From Clostridia bacterium (lineage in GTDB: Bacteria > Bacillota > Clostridia > Oscillospirales > Acutalibacteraceae), in NCBI GenBank assembly GCA_017521425.1, contig JAFXCQ010000021.1:16011-80010 (forward strand): a stretch of 64,000 nt of DNA. Reading direction: 5' to 3'. Position 1 is the stretch's first letter, and each line of letters opens with the position of its first letter. The position numbers were made by a program, and so were the translations under genes. The notes below the pieces were generated by a model, which was not told the origin of the DNA, did not search any database, and saw only the letters and a program-made list of their open reading frames with translations. This document shows, piece by piece, positions 8,918 through 17,392 of this stretch.

Positions 8918-9600
8918 TGTTTTTTGTGCGTAGAATAACACTTTCACCAAGACTTGCCGCTACCGCTTCACTTGTAGTAGGTGGCGGCACTATTGTTGAT
9001 GTAGGTACCGACCACGCATATTTACCTGCTCACTTAATTTTAACTAAAAAAATTTCATTTGCTATTGCTTCTGATGTAAGACAAAGTCCACTCGACAACG
9101 CAAGAGATACAGTTGTTAAATATAAGCTACAAGAAAAAATAGATTTAAGACTTTCAGATGGTTTAGCTGAAATCAAGCCAGAAGAAGTCGAAGAAATAGT
9201 CTTTGCAGGTATGGGTGGTACTCTTATTGCCGAAAAATTAAAAGAATGTTCCTGGGTTAAATCAAAAAAATATCACTTTATTTTTCAACCGCAAAGTAAG
9301 GCTGAAGATTTAAGAGAATTTTTATATTCTAATGGTTTCGAAATCAATAAAGAATTAGCAGTAAACGAAGGCGACAGATATTACATAACCTTTGATGCTT
9401 ACTACACGGGTGAAATAAAACCATTTACATTAAGCGATTGCTTTATTGGTAAGTTACCCGATACAGTTGAAGCAAAAGCACATCTTAAAATGCAACTTAA
9501 CAGATTAGAGAAAAAATATAACGCATTAAAACACAGAGAAGAAAATTTAGAAGATTTAGAAAAGTTAATTGACGATTTAAAAGGTTTTGTTTATGGATAA
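8917..9600 (+). CDS. trmK: tRNA (adenine(22)-N(1))-methyltransferase TrmK
   Basis: 227 aa. It has IVDVGTDHAYLPAHL, ASDV...PL and FAGMGG, which are typical of TrmK/YqfN. Confidence 0.8.
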   Translation: MFFVRRITLSPRLAATASLVVGGGTIVDVGTDHAYLPAHLILTKKISFAIASDVRQSPLDNARDTVVKYKLQEKIDLRLSDGLAEIKPEEVEEIVFAGMGGTLIAEKLKECSWVKSKKYHFIFQPQSKAEDLREFLYSNGFEINKELAVNEGDRYYITFDAYYTGEIKPFTLSDCFIGKLPDTVEAKAHLKMQLNRLEKKYNALKHREENLEDLEKLIDDLKGFVYG

Positions 9601-10141
9601 TTTATTAGCACAGTTAATAGGTTTTGGCGGTACTGCACTTACAATAATTGCTTACCAGCAAAACAAAAGAAAAAATATTTTGCTTTGCACAGTAATTTCT
9701 GCATCACTTTTTACAATTCATTTTATTTTACTCGGCGCTTACACAGGCGCGATTATGAATTTACTTGCAGGACTTCGTTCACTTGTATTTATGAATAACA
9801 CTAAAAAATGGGCAAGAAGTAAGGTGTGGGTTGCAGTATTTATGATTGTTTATACAGTTGCGTGTATTGCTACCTGGGATAAATGGTATTCAGTTTTACC
9901 GCTTATCGCAATGCTTTTAACTACTATAAGTAACTGGATGCAAAGCGAAAAGAAAATAAGGTTTTTAACATTTCCTAATTCACCTTGCTGGTTAGTTTAC
10001 AATATTTTAAATGGCTCGGTTGCAGGTATTATTACTGAAATTTTTGTTATGAGTTCACTTATAATTGCGATTATAAGATTTGATTTAAGAAAACCCAAAG
10101 TAAAAAATGAAGTGGGGGATGAAGTTAATGTCAACAGTTAA
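9593..10141 (+). CDS. YgjV-family inner membrane protein
   Basis: ATG 9593 overlaps the trmK stop. About six TM helices. The N-terminus (IGFGGTALTIIAYQQNKRKNILL) and IHFILLGAYTGA resemble the YgjV family. Confidence 0.5.
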   Translation: MDNLLAQLIGFGGTALTIIAYQQNKRKNILLCTVISASLFTIHFILLGAYTGAIMNLLAGLRSLVFMNNTKKWARSKVWVAVFMIVYTVACIATWDKWYSVLPLIAMLLTTISNWMQSEKKIRFLTFPNSPCWLVYNILNGSVAGIITEIFVMSSLIIAIIRFDLRKPKVKNEVGDEVNVNS

Positions 10142-10874
10142 AGATATTTATTTATATTTAGACACTTTAGCACCATTTTCTTCTGCTGCTCCTTGGGATA
10201 ATACCGGTCTGTTAGTCGGTAACGAAAATAGCGAAGTGAAAAAAGTAATGCTTTCACTTGATGTTACAGGTGATGTAATTGACGAAGCAATAAAAAATAA
10301 TGTCGATTTAGTTATTACACACCATCCGCTTATTTTTGAAGGTGTTAAAAGTGTTACTTCTAACATGCTTCTTTACAAAGCAGTTTCCTCCGGTATCTCT
10401 TTTATTAGTAGTCACACTTGTCTTGATATTGCAAAAGACGGTGTGAATGTATGTCTTGCAAATGCAGTTGGAATTAAAAATATTATATCAGTTGATGAAG
10501 AACCATTTTTGAAAATTGGCGAAATAGAAGAAATGACAGAAGATAATTTTGTCTCACTTTTAAAAGAAAAATTAAACTGCAATGTTTTATATAATGGTAC
10601 GGGTAACAATATTAGAAAAATAGCATTTTGCAGTGGTTCGGGTGGCGATTTGTTCGCTTTAGCAAAAGAAAAAGGGGCAGATGCACTTCTTACCGGTGAA
10701 GCAAAATATCACGAGTTTTTAGATGCATCATTTAATAACATTACAATTTTTGCGTGTGGTCATTTTGAAACAGAAATTGTAGTGATTGACACCTTAAAAG
10801 AAAAATTAGAAAAAGATTTTAAAAATATTGAATTTTTAAAAGCGAATCAGAAAAATGTTGTAAAATGTAAATAA
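10128..10874 (+). CDS. Nif3-like dinuclear metal centre protein (YqfO / GTP cyclohydrolase 1 type 2 homolog)
   Basis: ATG 10128 lies after a GGGGGA RBS. It has WDNTGLLVGN, ITHHPLIF and GHFETE. The trmK-nif3 neighbourhood is conserved in Firmicutes. Confidence 0.85.
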   Translation: MSTVKDIYLYLDTLAPFSSAAPWDNTGLLVGNENSEVKKVMLSLDVTGDVIDEAIKNNVDLVITHHPLIFEGVKSVTSNMLLYKAVSSGISFISSHTCLDIAKDGVNVCLANAVGIKNIISVDEEPFLKIGEIEEMTEDNFVSLLKEKLNCNVLYNGTGNNIRKIAFCSGSGGDLFALAKEKGADALLTGEAKYHEFLDASFNNITIFACGHFETEIVVIDTLKEKLEKDFKNIEFLKANQKNVVKCK

Positions 10875-10886
10875 GAAAGGCAAATT

Positions 10887-12626
10887 ATGGCACTTGACGG
10901 AATATTTATAAATTTTTTAGTAAACGAAATTTCTGAAAATTTAATAGGTTCTAAGGTAGATAAAGTGCACCAACCCACTAAAAATGAGTTGGTGTTAATA
11001 ATGCGTTCAAGGCAAGGGATGTATAAACTTTTTCTGACTGCTGATGCTAACGCACCACGTTTTCATATTATAGAAAACGCACCTGAAAATCCACAGACTC
11101 CGCCAATGCTTTGTATGCTTTTGAGGAAAAAATTAGTTGGTGCAACTCTTACGGAAATAGAGCAATATGGTCTTGACAGAGTTGTGCTTTTTAAATTTAA
11201 TGCGACTAACGAAATTGGTGATAAAGTAAAATTAACTTTAGCCGTTGAAATAATGGCACAACACAGTAACATTATTTTAATTAACGAAGAAAACAAAGTT
11301 ATTGATGCGATTAAAAGGGTAGATGCTGAAAAATCTTCATATCGTCTTGTTTTGCCGGGTGCTATTTACAAACTGCCACCGGAGCAAAATAAATTAGATA
11401 TAAGAAAAGAAAAAGAAACCGTTGTTGCAGATTTAATTTTAAATTTGCAAAACACACGACTTTCTTCTGCAATTTTAAAAACTATACAAGGTGTTTCGCC
11501 ATTACTTTCAAGAGAAATTGCCATTCGTGTTACAGAAGAAGATAGGTTTGTAAGCGAATTAAACGAAACAGAGAAACAAAAGTTAGTAGAAGTTCTTGCC
11601 AAATTTAAAGTAATGCTTACTGCAAATATGCCTGAACCTACAATTATTCTCGATAAAACTGAAAAACCGCTCGAATTTTCTTTTTTACCGGTTCTACAGT
11701 ATGGTGCAGATTTTAAAAGTATTAAGAAAAATACTTTAAGTGAATTGCTTGACGGGTTTTATTCAGAAAAAGACAGAGTAAATCGTACCCGTTCTAAAGC
11801 CTCTGAATTATTTAAACAGCTTGACAGTTTAATTGAAAGAACCGTAAGAAAATTAAATAACAGACGCGAAGAGTTAAAACAATGTGAAAATCGTGAAGAA
11901 ATTAAAATTAAAGCTGAGCTTATAACCGCTTCACAATATATGCTGAAAAAAGGTGATAGTGTTTATGAAGTTTATAATTATTATGAGAACAATGCTCTTT
12001 TAAAAATAGATGTTGACCCTGCTTTAACACCAACACAAAATGCACAGAAGTATTACAAAGAATATAAAAAAGCGTGTACTGCTGAAAATATGCTCATAAA
12101 ACTCGTAGAAGAAGGCGAGAGTGAGTTAGAGTATTTAGAAAGTGTAAAAGACTTGCTTCTTCGTTCTACTTTAGAAAGAGAATTTAATGAGATAAAAGAA
12201 GAGTTGGCGTCACAAGGCTTTTTAAAATCTAAAAATAACGGCAAGAAGCAAATGAAAAAAGCAGCATTGCCACCACTCGAATTTAAAACATCGCAAGGTC
12301 TTACTGTGCTTGTAGGTAGAAACAACACCTGTAACGATAAACTTACCTTTAAAACAGGTAGAAAAGGTGATATATGGCTTCACGCACAAAAAGCACCTGG
12401 CTCTCATGTGCTTTTAGTCGCTGACGGTAACGAAGTGCCTGACGACGCAATAGTAGAAGCAGCCGAAATTGCGGCATACTTCAGTTCGGTTAAAGATTCA
12501 ACTATTGCAACTATTGACTATACAGATGTTAAAAATATTAAAAAGCCCAATGGCGCAAAACCAGGCTTTGTTGTTTATTACACTTATTATTCGGTTAATG
12601 TAAAACCAAAGAATCCGAGTTGTTAG
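10887..12626 (+). CDS. rqcH: Ribosome quality control protein RqcH (NFACT / FbpA family)
   Basis: 579 aa. It has an NFACT-N start (MALDGIFINFLVNEI), a central coiled coil and a C-terminal NFACT-R-like region (IWLHAQKAPGSHVLL). Confidence 0.85.
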   Translation: MALDGIFINFLVNEISENLIGSKVDKVHQPTKNELVLIMRSRQGMYKLFLTADANAPRFHIIENAPENPQTPPMLCMLLRKKLVGATLTEIEQYGLDRVVLFKFNATNEIGDKVKLTLAVEIMAQHSNIILINEENKVIDAIKRVDAEKSSYRLVLPGAIYKLPPEQNKLDIRKEKETVVADLILNLQNTRLSSAILKTIQGVSPLLSREIAIRVTEEDRFVSELNETEKQKLVEVLAKFKVMLTANMPEPTIILDKTEKPLEFSFLPVLQYGADFKSIKKNTLSELLDGFYSEKDRVNRTRSKASELFKQLDSLIERTVRKLNNRREELKQCENREEIKIKAELITASQYMLKKGDSVYEVYNYYENNALLKIDVDPALTPTQNAQKYYKEYKKACTAENMLIKLVEEGESELEYLESVKDLLLRSTLEREFNEIKEELASQGFLKSKNNGKKQMKKAALPPLEFKTSQGLTVLVGRNNTCNDKLTFKTGRKGDIWLHAQKAPGSHVLLVADGNEVPDDAIVEAAEIAAYFSSVKDSTIATIDYTDVKNIKKPNGAKPGFVVYYTYYSVNVKPKNPSC

Positions 12627-12660
12627 GTTTTAGGTGTTAGAAATTGAAAATTGAAAGTTG

Positions 12661-12689
12661 AAAATTTCGGAACTGCGTTGGCATTGTAA
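12661..12689. repeat. Left arm of an imperfect inverted repeat bracketing the blaI-blaR1 cassette
   Basis: aaaatttcggaactgcgttggcattgtaa. The 11-nt core aaaatttcgga is the exact reverse complement of 16715-16725. The flanks are alignable with a few mismatches and indels. Confidence 0.6.
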
Positions 12690-12750
12690 TGTTGTATTTC
12701 TAAATATACAGTTTCATTTTTAGTGTTTTATTGTTTTTTATGCATTGGTG

Positions 12751-12775
12751 CGGGCGACCATAGGTCTGCCCCTAC
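12751..12775. repeat. REP-like GC-rich hairpin unit (copy A)
   Basis: cgggcgaccataggtctgcccctac. It is internally self-complementary (gggcgacc / ggtc-t-gccc). It matches the reverse complement of copy B (12865-12889) at 23 of 25 positions. Confidence 0.8.
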
Positions 12776-12852
12776 GATGAAGAGCGTGAATTCATACTTC
12801 TATTCAAGAAATCTTAAAATATTAAATGCGTTACAAATGAAACAGAAAATTT

Positions 12853-12904
12853 ACTCCCACTATTGTAGGGGCAGATCTGTGGTCGCCCGAAGTAGTGGGA
12901 GTAG
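12853..12904. repeat. REP-like extended palindromic unit (copy B, with cccactat / gtagtggg outer stem)
   Basis: actcccactattgtaggggcagatctgtggtcgcccgaagtagtgggagtag. Its reverse complement aligns with 26206-26258 at about 47 of 52 positions, counted by eye. Confidence 0.8.
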
Positions 12905-12957
12905 TTTTTTATTAGGATAAACCAATCGGTTGTAACGCGTGAACTGAACGTGAAACT

Positions 12958-12988
12958 CTGCTTCCTGTTTCCTGCTTCCTATTTCCTG
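12958..12988. repeat. Tandem 14-nt CT-rich repeat (2.2 copies)
   Basis: ctgcttcctgtttc / ctgcttcctatttc / ctg. The units match at 13 of 14 positions. The repeat lies immediately upstream of the blaI promoter. Confidence 0.7.
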
Positions 12989-12996
12989 AAAAACAC

Positions 12997-13049
12997 TTGA
13001 CAAATCTGTCTATTGGTGATAGACTATAGTTGTCTATTAAAGATAGACA
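12997..13049 (+). promoter_or_regulatory. SigA-type promoter overlapped by two dyad operators, presumed BlaI-family autoregulation sites
   Basis: TTGACA (12997-13002), a 17-nt spacer, then TAGACT (13020-13025). Dyad 1 is TGTCTAT-N5-ATAGACt (13007-13025). Dyad 2 is a perfect TGTCTAT-N5-ATAGACA (13031-13049). AAGGAG and ATG 13064 follow. Confidence 0.7.
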
Positions 13050-13063
13050 AAGGAGTTGATTAT

Positions 13064-13417
13064 ATGAACGAAATAAAATTAGGACTTGTTGAGGCGAGAT
13101 TTGCCGATATTATCTGGTCAAATGAACCTATAACAACTAAAGAATTAGTAACAGCCTGTCAGAATGAATTGCAGTGGAAAAGAACTACAACCTACACCGT
13201 TTTAAAGAAACTTTGTGAAAAGGGGATTTTTAAAACTGAAGACAGTGTTGTAACTTCTCTTATATCTAAAGACGAGTTTTATTCTATTCAGAGTGAACAG
13301 TTTGTAGAAGAAACTTTTTCGGGTTCGTTACCCGCATTTATTGCAGCATTTACTAAAAGAAAGAATTTAAGTGAAAAAGAAAAAGAAGAAATAAAAAGAA
13401 TGATTGAAAAGTTCTAA
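13064..13417 (+). CDS. BlaI/MecI/CopY-family transcriptional repressor
   Basis: ATG 13064 lies after AAGGAG. The 117-aa product has a winged-helix N-terminus (WKRTTTYTVLKKLCEKGI) and a C-terminal dimerisation helix. It sits directly upstream of an M56 peptidase gene. Confidence 0.85.
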   Translation: MNEIKLGLVEARFADIIWSNEPITTKELVTACQNELQWKRTTTYTVLKKLCEKGIFKTEDSVVTSLISKDEFYSIQSEQFVEETFSGSLPAFIAAFTKRKNLSEKEKEEIKRMIEKF

Positions 13418-13432
13418 AAAGGTGGGAGAAAA

Positions 13433-16400
13433 TTGGAGAATTTATTTTTAACTATTGTTAATATGAGCATTACTGCTACCTGGGTAGTTTTGGCATTTAC
13501 ACTTTTAAGACCTTTACTTAAAAAAGTACCAAAATGGGTTAACTGCTTTTTGTGGGGGATTGTAGCATTAAGACTTTGTCTGCCTTTTAGTTTAGAGAGT
13601 GTTTTTAGTCTTATTCCTACAACAGAAACAATTCCAACAAATATAACAACATCTGCTAAACCACAGATTGATACAGGTGTTGGTGTTGTAAATAGTGTAG
13701 TTAACCCTGTTATTAGCGAGTCTTTTACTCCAGACCCAAGTTATAGTGCTAACCCATTACAAGTTATAGTTGGTGTTGCTTCTTATATCTGGCTTGTTGG
13801 TTTGGTTTTTATGGTGCTTTATTGTGTAATTTCTTACATAATGTTAAAAAGAAAAGTTTCTGCATCAGTACACTACAATAACAATATTTATTATTGCGAT
13901 AATATAGAAACACCATTTATTTTAGGTGTAATAAAACCTAAAATCTATATTCCGTCAGGAGTAAACGAAAGTGACTTGCAGTTTATTTTAGAACACGAAA
14001 AATCACATATAAAGCGTAAAGATTACCTTATTAAGCCATTATCATTTTTAATTTTGTCAGTTTATTGGTTTAACCCTGCAATTTGGCTCTGGTATATTTT
14101 ACTTTGCAGAGACATTGAGTCAGCTTGTGACGAAAAGGCAATTAAGTTTTATGATAACGAATATAAAAAAATGTATTCAACAGCATTACTTAATTGCAGT
14201 TCACAAAAACGAATGATTATGGCGTGTCCTGTTGCGTTTGGTGAAACAGGTGTAAAACAAAGAATAAAATCAGTTTTAAACTACAAAAAACCTGCATTCT
14301 GGGTAGTTGGATTTGCTATAATTCTAACTGTCTGGTTAACAATTTTCTTTGTAACAAATCCTGAAAATGATAAACTTGAGAAAATTTTAAGTGAAGATGG
14401 CTATCAGATTATAAATGCAACTGAAAAGAAAGTGTCATTTGAATTTATGTCATCAGCAATTCGCCCTGAAATGTCTGAAGATGGTAATTATAAAATTAAA
14501 TCTACTCCTTTTGTGGTAAATGATTCTCTTGAACTTCAATTTACCGAATTATTAAGTCGTGATGACAGATATACATTAACTTTTAAATCGGAATATCAGG
14601 TTATTCCTGATGAAGGTACTATCTATATTGTCAATGCTAATCAATTTGACGGAGGGTTAGAGCTTGGTGATAAAATTCTTCTTTCAGATTCATTAGAAGT
14701 TCCGAATGTAGATAGTGAATATGTTGCTACTTGTTCTTCGCAAGGTCCGGGTACAGAGTTTTCGTTTTCTGTTCCTAAAACCTGGTTTGAAGACAGGCAA
14801 GATAGCAAAATAGTGGTTACACTTGATATGTTAGAAGTTGGTTATAAAAAAATCGACTCATCTGAAGAAGAAAAAACAGAAAATTATGTTTATGCAGATG
14901 AGAATACAGGTACACTATACAGGATTAAAGATAATTATTACTATGGAGTTATTAACGTAAATAATTATCAGAATTTAGGTTTGTACTTGAAAGAAGTTGA
15001 CGGTGACAATCGTTTTATTTGTGACCTTAATACCCATGATATTACGCAAAGTGTAGTTGTAGGTGATACATTTTATTTTAAAGCAAGTGATTTCAATCTT
15101 CATAAAGTAGAGTTAAAAGAAGATGCAGAAGCTACATATTTTATAGAAGAGCTTTATCACGGTGATACATTTTTCTCAATAGAAGAATTGTTTGTAGCTT
15201 CTGATGAGTTTATTTATTGCTCTGCAAAACACAGAGGATTAAGAGAAGAATATCCTGACTGGGATTTAGTTTATTTGAAGCTGGATACTAAAAGCGAAAA
15301 ATATGAAATAATTGACAAAAATGAAATTCCAAAAGTTAATTCGGGTTTTTCAGCATTGATACCTGAAATTCAAGAGGTTTTAAATGCAACTGCGAACAAT
15401 ATTTTTGTGCAGAAAATGAATTTAAACTTTGAATCAAATGGTAGTTTTGAAAGTGGTTTAATTACTGTCCAGTTTTATGATAAAGAAAGTAATGGTTTTG
15501 CAAGAATAGGTAATATACTTATTGCTGAAGACTTTAGTGTGTTTTTTAATGAGTATGAAGATTTTAAAGAGGTATCTCCTTTAGGTAAGGACAGACTTAC
15601 TACAATTGACAAAATTCTTGAAAAAGCAGGTGTTATTGATAACACAAACTTCTGCTTGAAAAATGTTGAAAAAACACCAGATAGTTTTCAGTTGATTTAT
15701 TTTGGTAAAGCACTTTTAGAAAACGGTGTTGAACGCGAAGAACCATACACACTTTATTATGATTCGCTTTCTTATGTGTTCTCTGAAAATAGTAAAGCGA
15801 AGTATTTCAACTTAAAAAATGATAAAATTCAAAAGGGTAGTAAACCAACAAGTGTTGAAAGAAAAGCGAAATATATTTCTGGAAAAGAGTTCTTCATATT
15901 GACACCTTACTATCAGACAGAAGAACCTGCGTATAAAGCATTTGAAGATTCGTCTGGTATTGCGGGAGACTTGTTATTTGTAAGTTTTGATGAAGAACCA
16001 AAAGCAGTAGCTCCTACAACTGAATCAAAAAGAACTGAAGCAACTAATGAAAATATAAAAATTCCAACATCACAAGTTTTCAAAATGGATAATATTTCTC
16101 GTATTACATTCTATTCGTACTACGGTTCTGGTAAAGGTAGCGTTGTACCAAAAGAAAATATGACGGAAATTATAAATTGGCTTGGTTCATTTAAAATTGA
16201 TAAAAAGGCACCTGATATATTGCCTCCTGGCACTGGTACTAATTGTGTAGAAATTGAGTATTCAAACGGAACGGTTGTTAAAAAAGCATTGGATTATGTA
16301 ATGGTTGACGGTGTTCAATATAATACAAAATCTGATAACGCACCTGGTTGTTATTGGGATATATTATCTAAAACAAGTTATACTACCGATAGTGACACAG

Positions 16401-16543
16401 GAGGAGTACCCACACCTAAAGGAAAACTCGTTACCTCAAACACCCCACCAGAAAATACAACTTCTCCGGAAGGCTACACTACACACTATGTAGATTACTT
16501 CACACCGGAAGGCGAAAGGGTCTTTGAGTACTATGTTTATTAA
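13433..16543 (+). CDS. BlaR1/MecR1-family M56 peptidase signal transducer with a large uncharacterised extracytoplasmic C-terminal domain
   Basis: TTG start after GGTGGGAG. It has N-terminal TM helices and the HEKSH zinc motif (13994-14008) followed by KRKD, as in BlaR1. The last TM helix is near aa 290-307. About 730 aa follow, with no penicillin-binding motifs that I can see. Confidence 0.8.
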   Translation: MENLFLTIVNMSITATWVVLAFTLLRPLLKKVPKWVNCFLWGIVALRLCLPFSLESVFSLIPTTETIPTNITTSAKPQIDTGVGVVNSVVNPVISESFTPDPSYSANPLQVIVGVASYIWLVGLVFMVLYCVISYIMLKRKVSASVHYNNNIYYCDNIETPFILGVIKPKIYIPSGVNESDLQFILEHEKSHIKRKDYLIKPLSFLILSVYWFNPAIWLWYILLCRDIESACDEKAIKFYDNEYKKMYSTALLNCSSQKRMIMACPVAFGETGVKQRIKSVLNYKKPAFWVVGFAIILTVWLTIFFVTNPENDKLEKILSEDGYQIINATEKKVSFEFMSSAIRPEMSEDGNYKIKSTPFVVNDSLELQFTELLSRDDRYTLTFKSEYQVIPDEGTIYIVNANQFDGGLELGDKILLSDSLEVPNVDSEYVATCSSQGPGTEFSFSVPKTWFEDRQDSKIVVTLDMLEVGYKKIDSSEEEKTENYVYADENTGTLYRIKDNYYYGVINVNNYQNLGLYLKEVDGDNRFICDLNTHDITQSVVVGDTFYFKASDFNLHKVELKEDAEATYFIEELYHGDTFFSIEELFVASDEFIYCSAKHRGLREEYPDWDLVYLKLDTKSEKYEIIDKNEIPKVNSGFSALIPEIQEVLNATANNIFVQKMNLNFESNGSFESGLITVQFYDKESNGFARIGNILIAEDFSVFFNEYEDFKEVSPLGKDRLTTIDKILEKAGVIDNTNFCLKNVEKTPDSFQLIYFGKALLENGVEREEPYTLYYDSLSYVFSENSKAKYFNLKNDKIQKGSKPTSVERKAKYISGKEFFILTPYYQTEEPAYKAFEDSSGIAGDLLFVSFDEEPKAVAPTTESKRTEATNENIKIPTSQVFKMDNISRITFYSYYGSGKGSVVPKENMTEIINWLGSFKIDKKAPDILPPGTGTNCVEIEYSNGTVVKKALDYVMVDGVQYNTKSDNAPGCYWDILSKTSYTTDSDTGGVPTPKGKLVTSNTPPENTTSPEGYTTHYVDYFTPEGERVFEYYVY

Positions 16544-16618
16544 ACCACTAATTTAAAATTAAAAATGAAAAATTGAAAATTGTAGGACCTGCGGTCAGCA
16601 TTATATAGTTATAACAAA

Positions 16619-16674
16619 AACTACATTCTTTCATTTAAGATTTACAGAAAATCTTTAAACGAGAGAATGTAGTT
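16619..16674 (+). terminator. Long imperfect hairpin downstream of blaR1 (possible terminator or REP-like structure)
   Basis: aactacattctttc (16619-16632) pairs with gagagaatgtagtt (16661-16674) with one mismatch. The loop contains an inner imperfect stem (tttaagattt / aaatctttaaa). It is followed by gtttta rather than a clean T-run. Confidence 0.35.
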
Positions 16675-16692
16675 GTTTTAATTCGTATTAAA

Positions 16693-16725
16693 TTACAATC
16701 AAATGCGAAGCATTTCCGAAATTTT
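16693..16725. repeat. Right arm of the inverted repeat bracketing the blaI-blaR1 cassette
   Basis: ttacaatcaaatgcgaagcatttccgaaatttt. Its reverse complement, aaaatttcggaaatgcttcgcatttgattgtaa, aligns with 12661-12689. Confidence 0.6.
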
Positions 16726-16745
16726 AAATTTTTAATTCTTGATTT

Positions 16746-17390
16746 TTAATTTGAAAAGACGCGCTTCTTCCACTGCCTTGCAATAAGCTGATGCCCTGCA
16801 GTTGTCGGGTGTACTCCGTCCCACAAAAGTTCAAAAATATCACAATTTTTACTTGCTTCATCAAAAACTTCCTGAAGTGGAACGAATATTAAATTAAATT
16901 CTTCTGCGATTTCTTTTGTTGCCTTCTGATAGAAACCAATATTGCTTTTAATGTATTCACCAGGAGCTTCTTCTCTGTGTTTACCAAAGAAAGGCTCCAT
17001 AATAATAATCTGTGTGTCAGGATTTCTTTCTAAAACTTCTTCTACTAAAAGTCTGTAAGTCTTTTTAAATCTTTCAGGTGAAGCACCGCAGTTGTGGTCA
17101 TATTGGAATATAAGCTCGTTTACACCTATTAAAATACTTAAAACAGTTGGTTTTAAGTTAAGACAATCTTCAATCCATCTTGCATATAAATCTGCAATTC
17201 TGTTACCACTTATACCACGGTTATATACAGTAACATTTTTACCTAAATTATCCGCTAAAATCTCACTTGCTAAAATGTACTGATAACCGTGACCGTGAAT
17301 ATGGTTAGGGTCAGCGCTTCTGCCTCTGTTACCGTCAGTAATTGAGTCACCCTGAAAGAGAATTACATCATTTTCTTTAATTTTAATCAT
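16746..17390 (-). CDS. SGNH/GDSL-family hydrolase (esterase/acylhydrolase)
   Basis: 214 aa. It has FQGDSITDG (block I GDS), a GINE-type block III and DGVHPT (block V DxxH). Confidence 0.8.
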   Translation of the reverse strand: MIKIKENDVILFQGDSITDGNRGRSADPNHIHGHGYQYILASEILADNLGKNVTVYNRGISGNRIADLYARWIEDCLNLKPTVLSILIGVNELIFQYDHNCGASPERFKKTYRLLVEEVLERNPDTQIIIMEPFFGKHREEAPGEYIKSNIGFYQKATKEIAEEFNLIFVPLQEVFDEASKNCDIFELLWDGVHPTTAGHQLIARQWKKRVFSN

Positions 17391-17392
17391 AA

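Noticed and set aside
12723-12920. 65-aa ORF in the track (MFYCFLCIGAGDHRSAPT...CRGRSVVARSSGSS)
   Set aside because: It is a read-through translation of the REP-like palindromic units (12751-12775 and 12853-12904). It has no RBS, and its composition is driven by the GC-rich repeat. I treat it as non-coding.
12636-12990. Possible CRISPR array suggested by repeated GC-rich 25-mers here and at 26097-26258
   Set aside because: There are only two units per locus, they are in inverted rather than direct orientation, the spacing is irregular (89 and 97 nt), the units are themselves palindromic, and no cas genes are present. This fits REP-like elements, not CRISPR.
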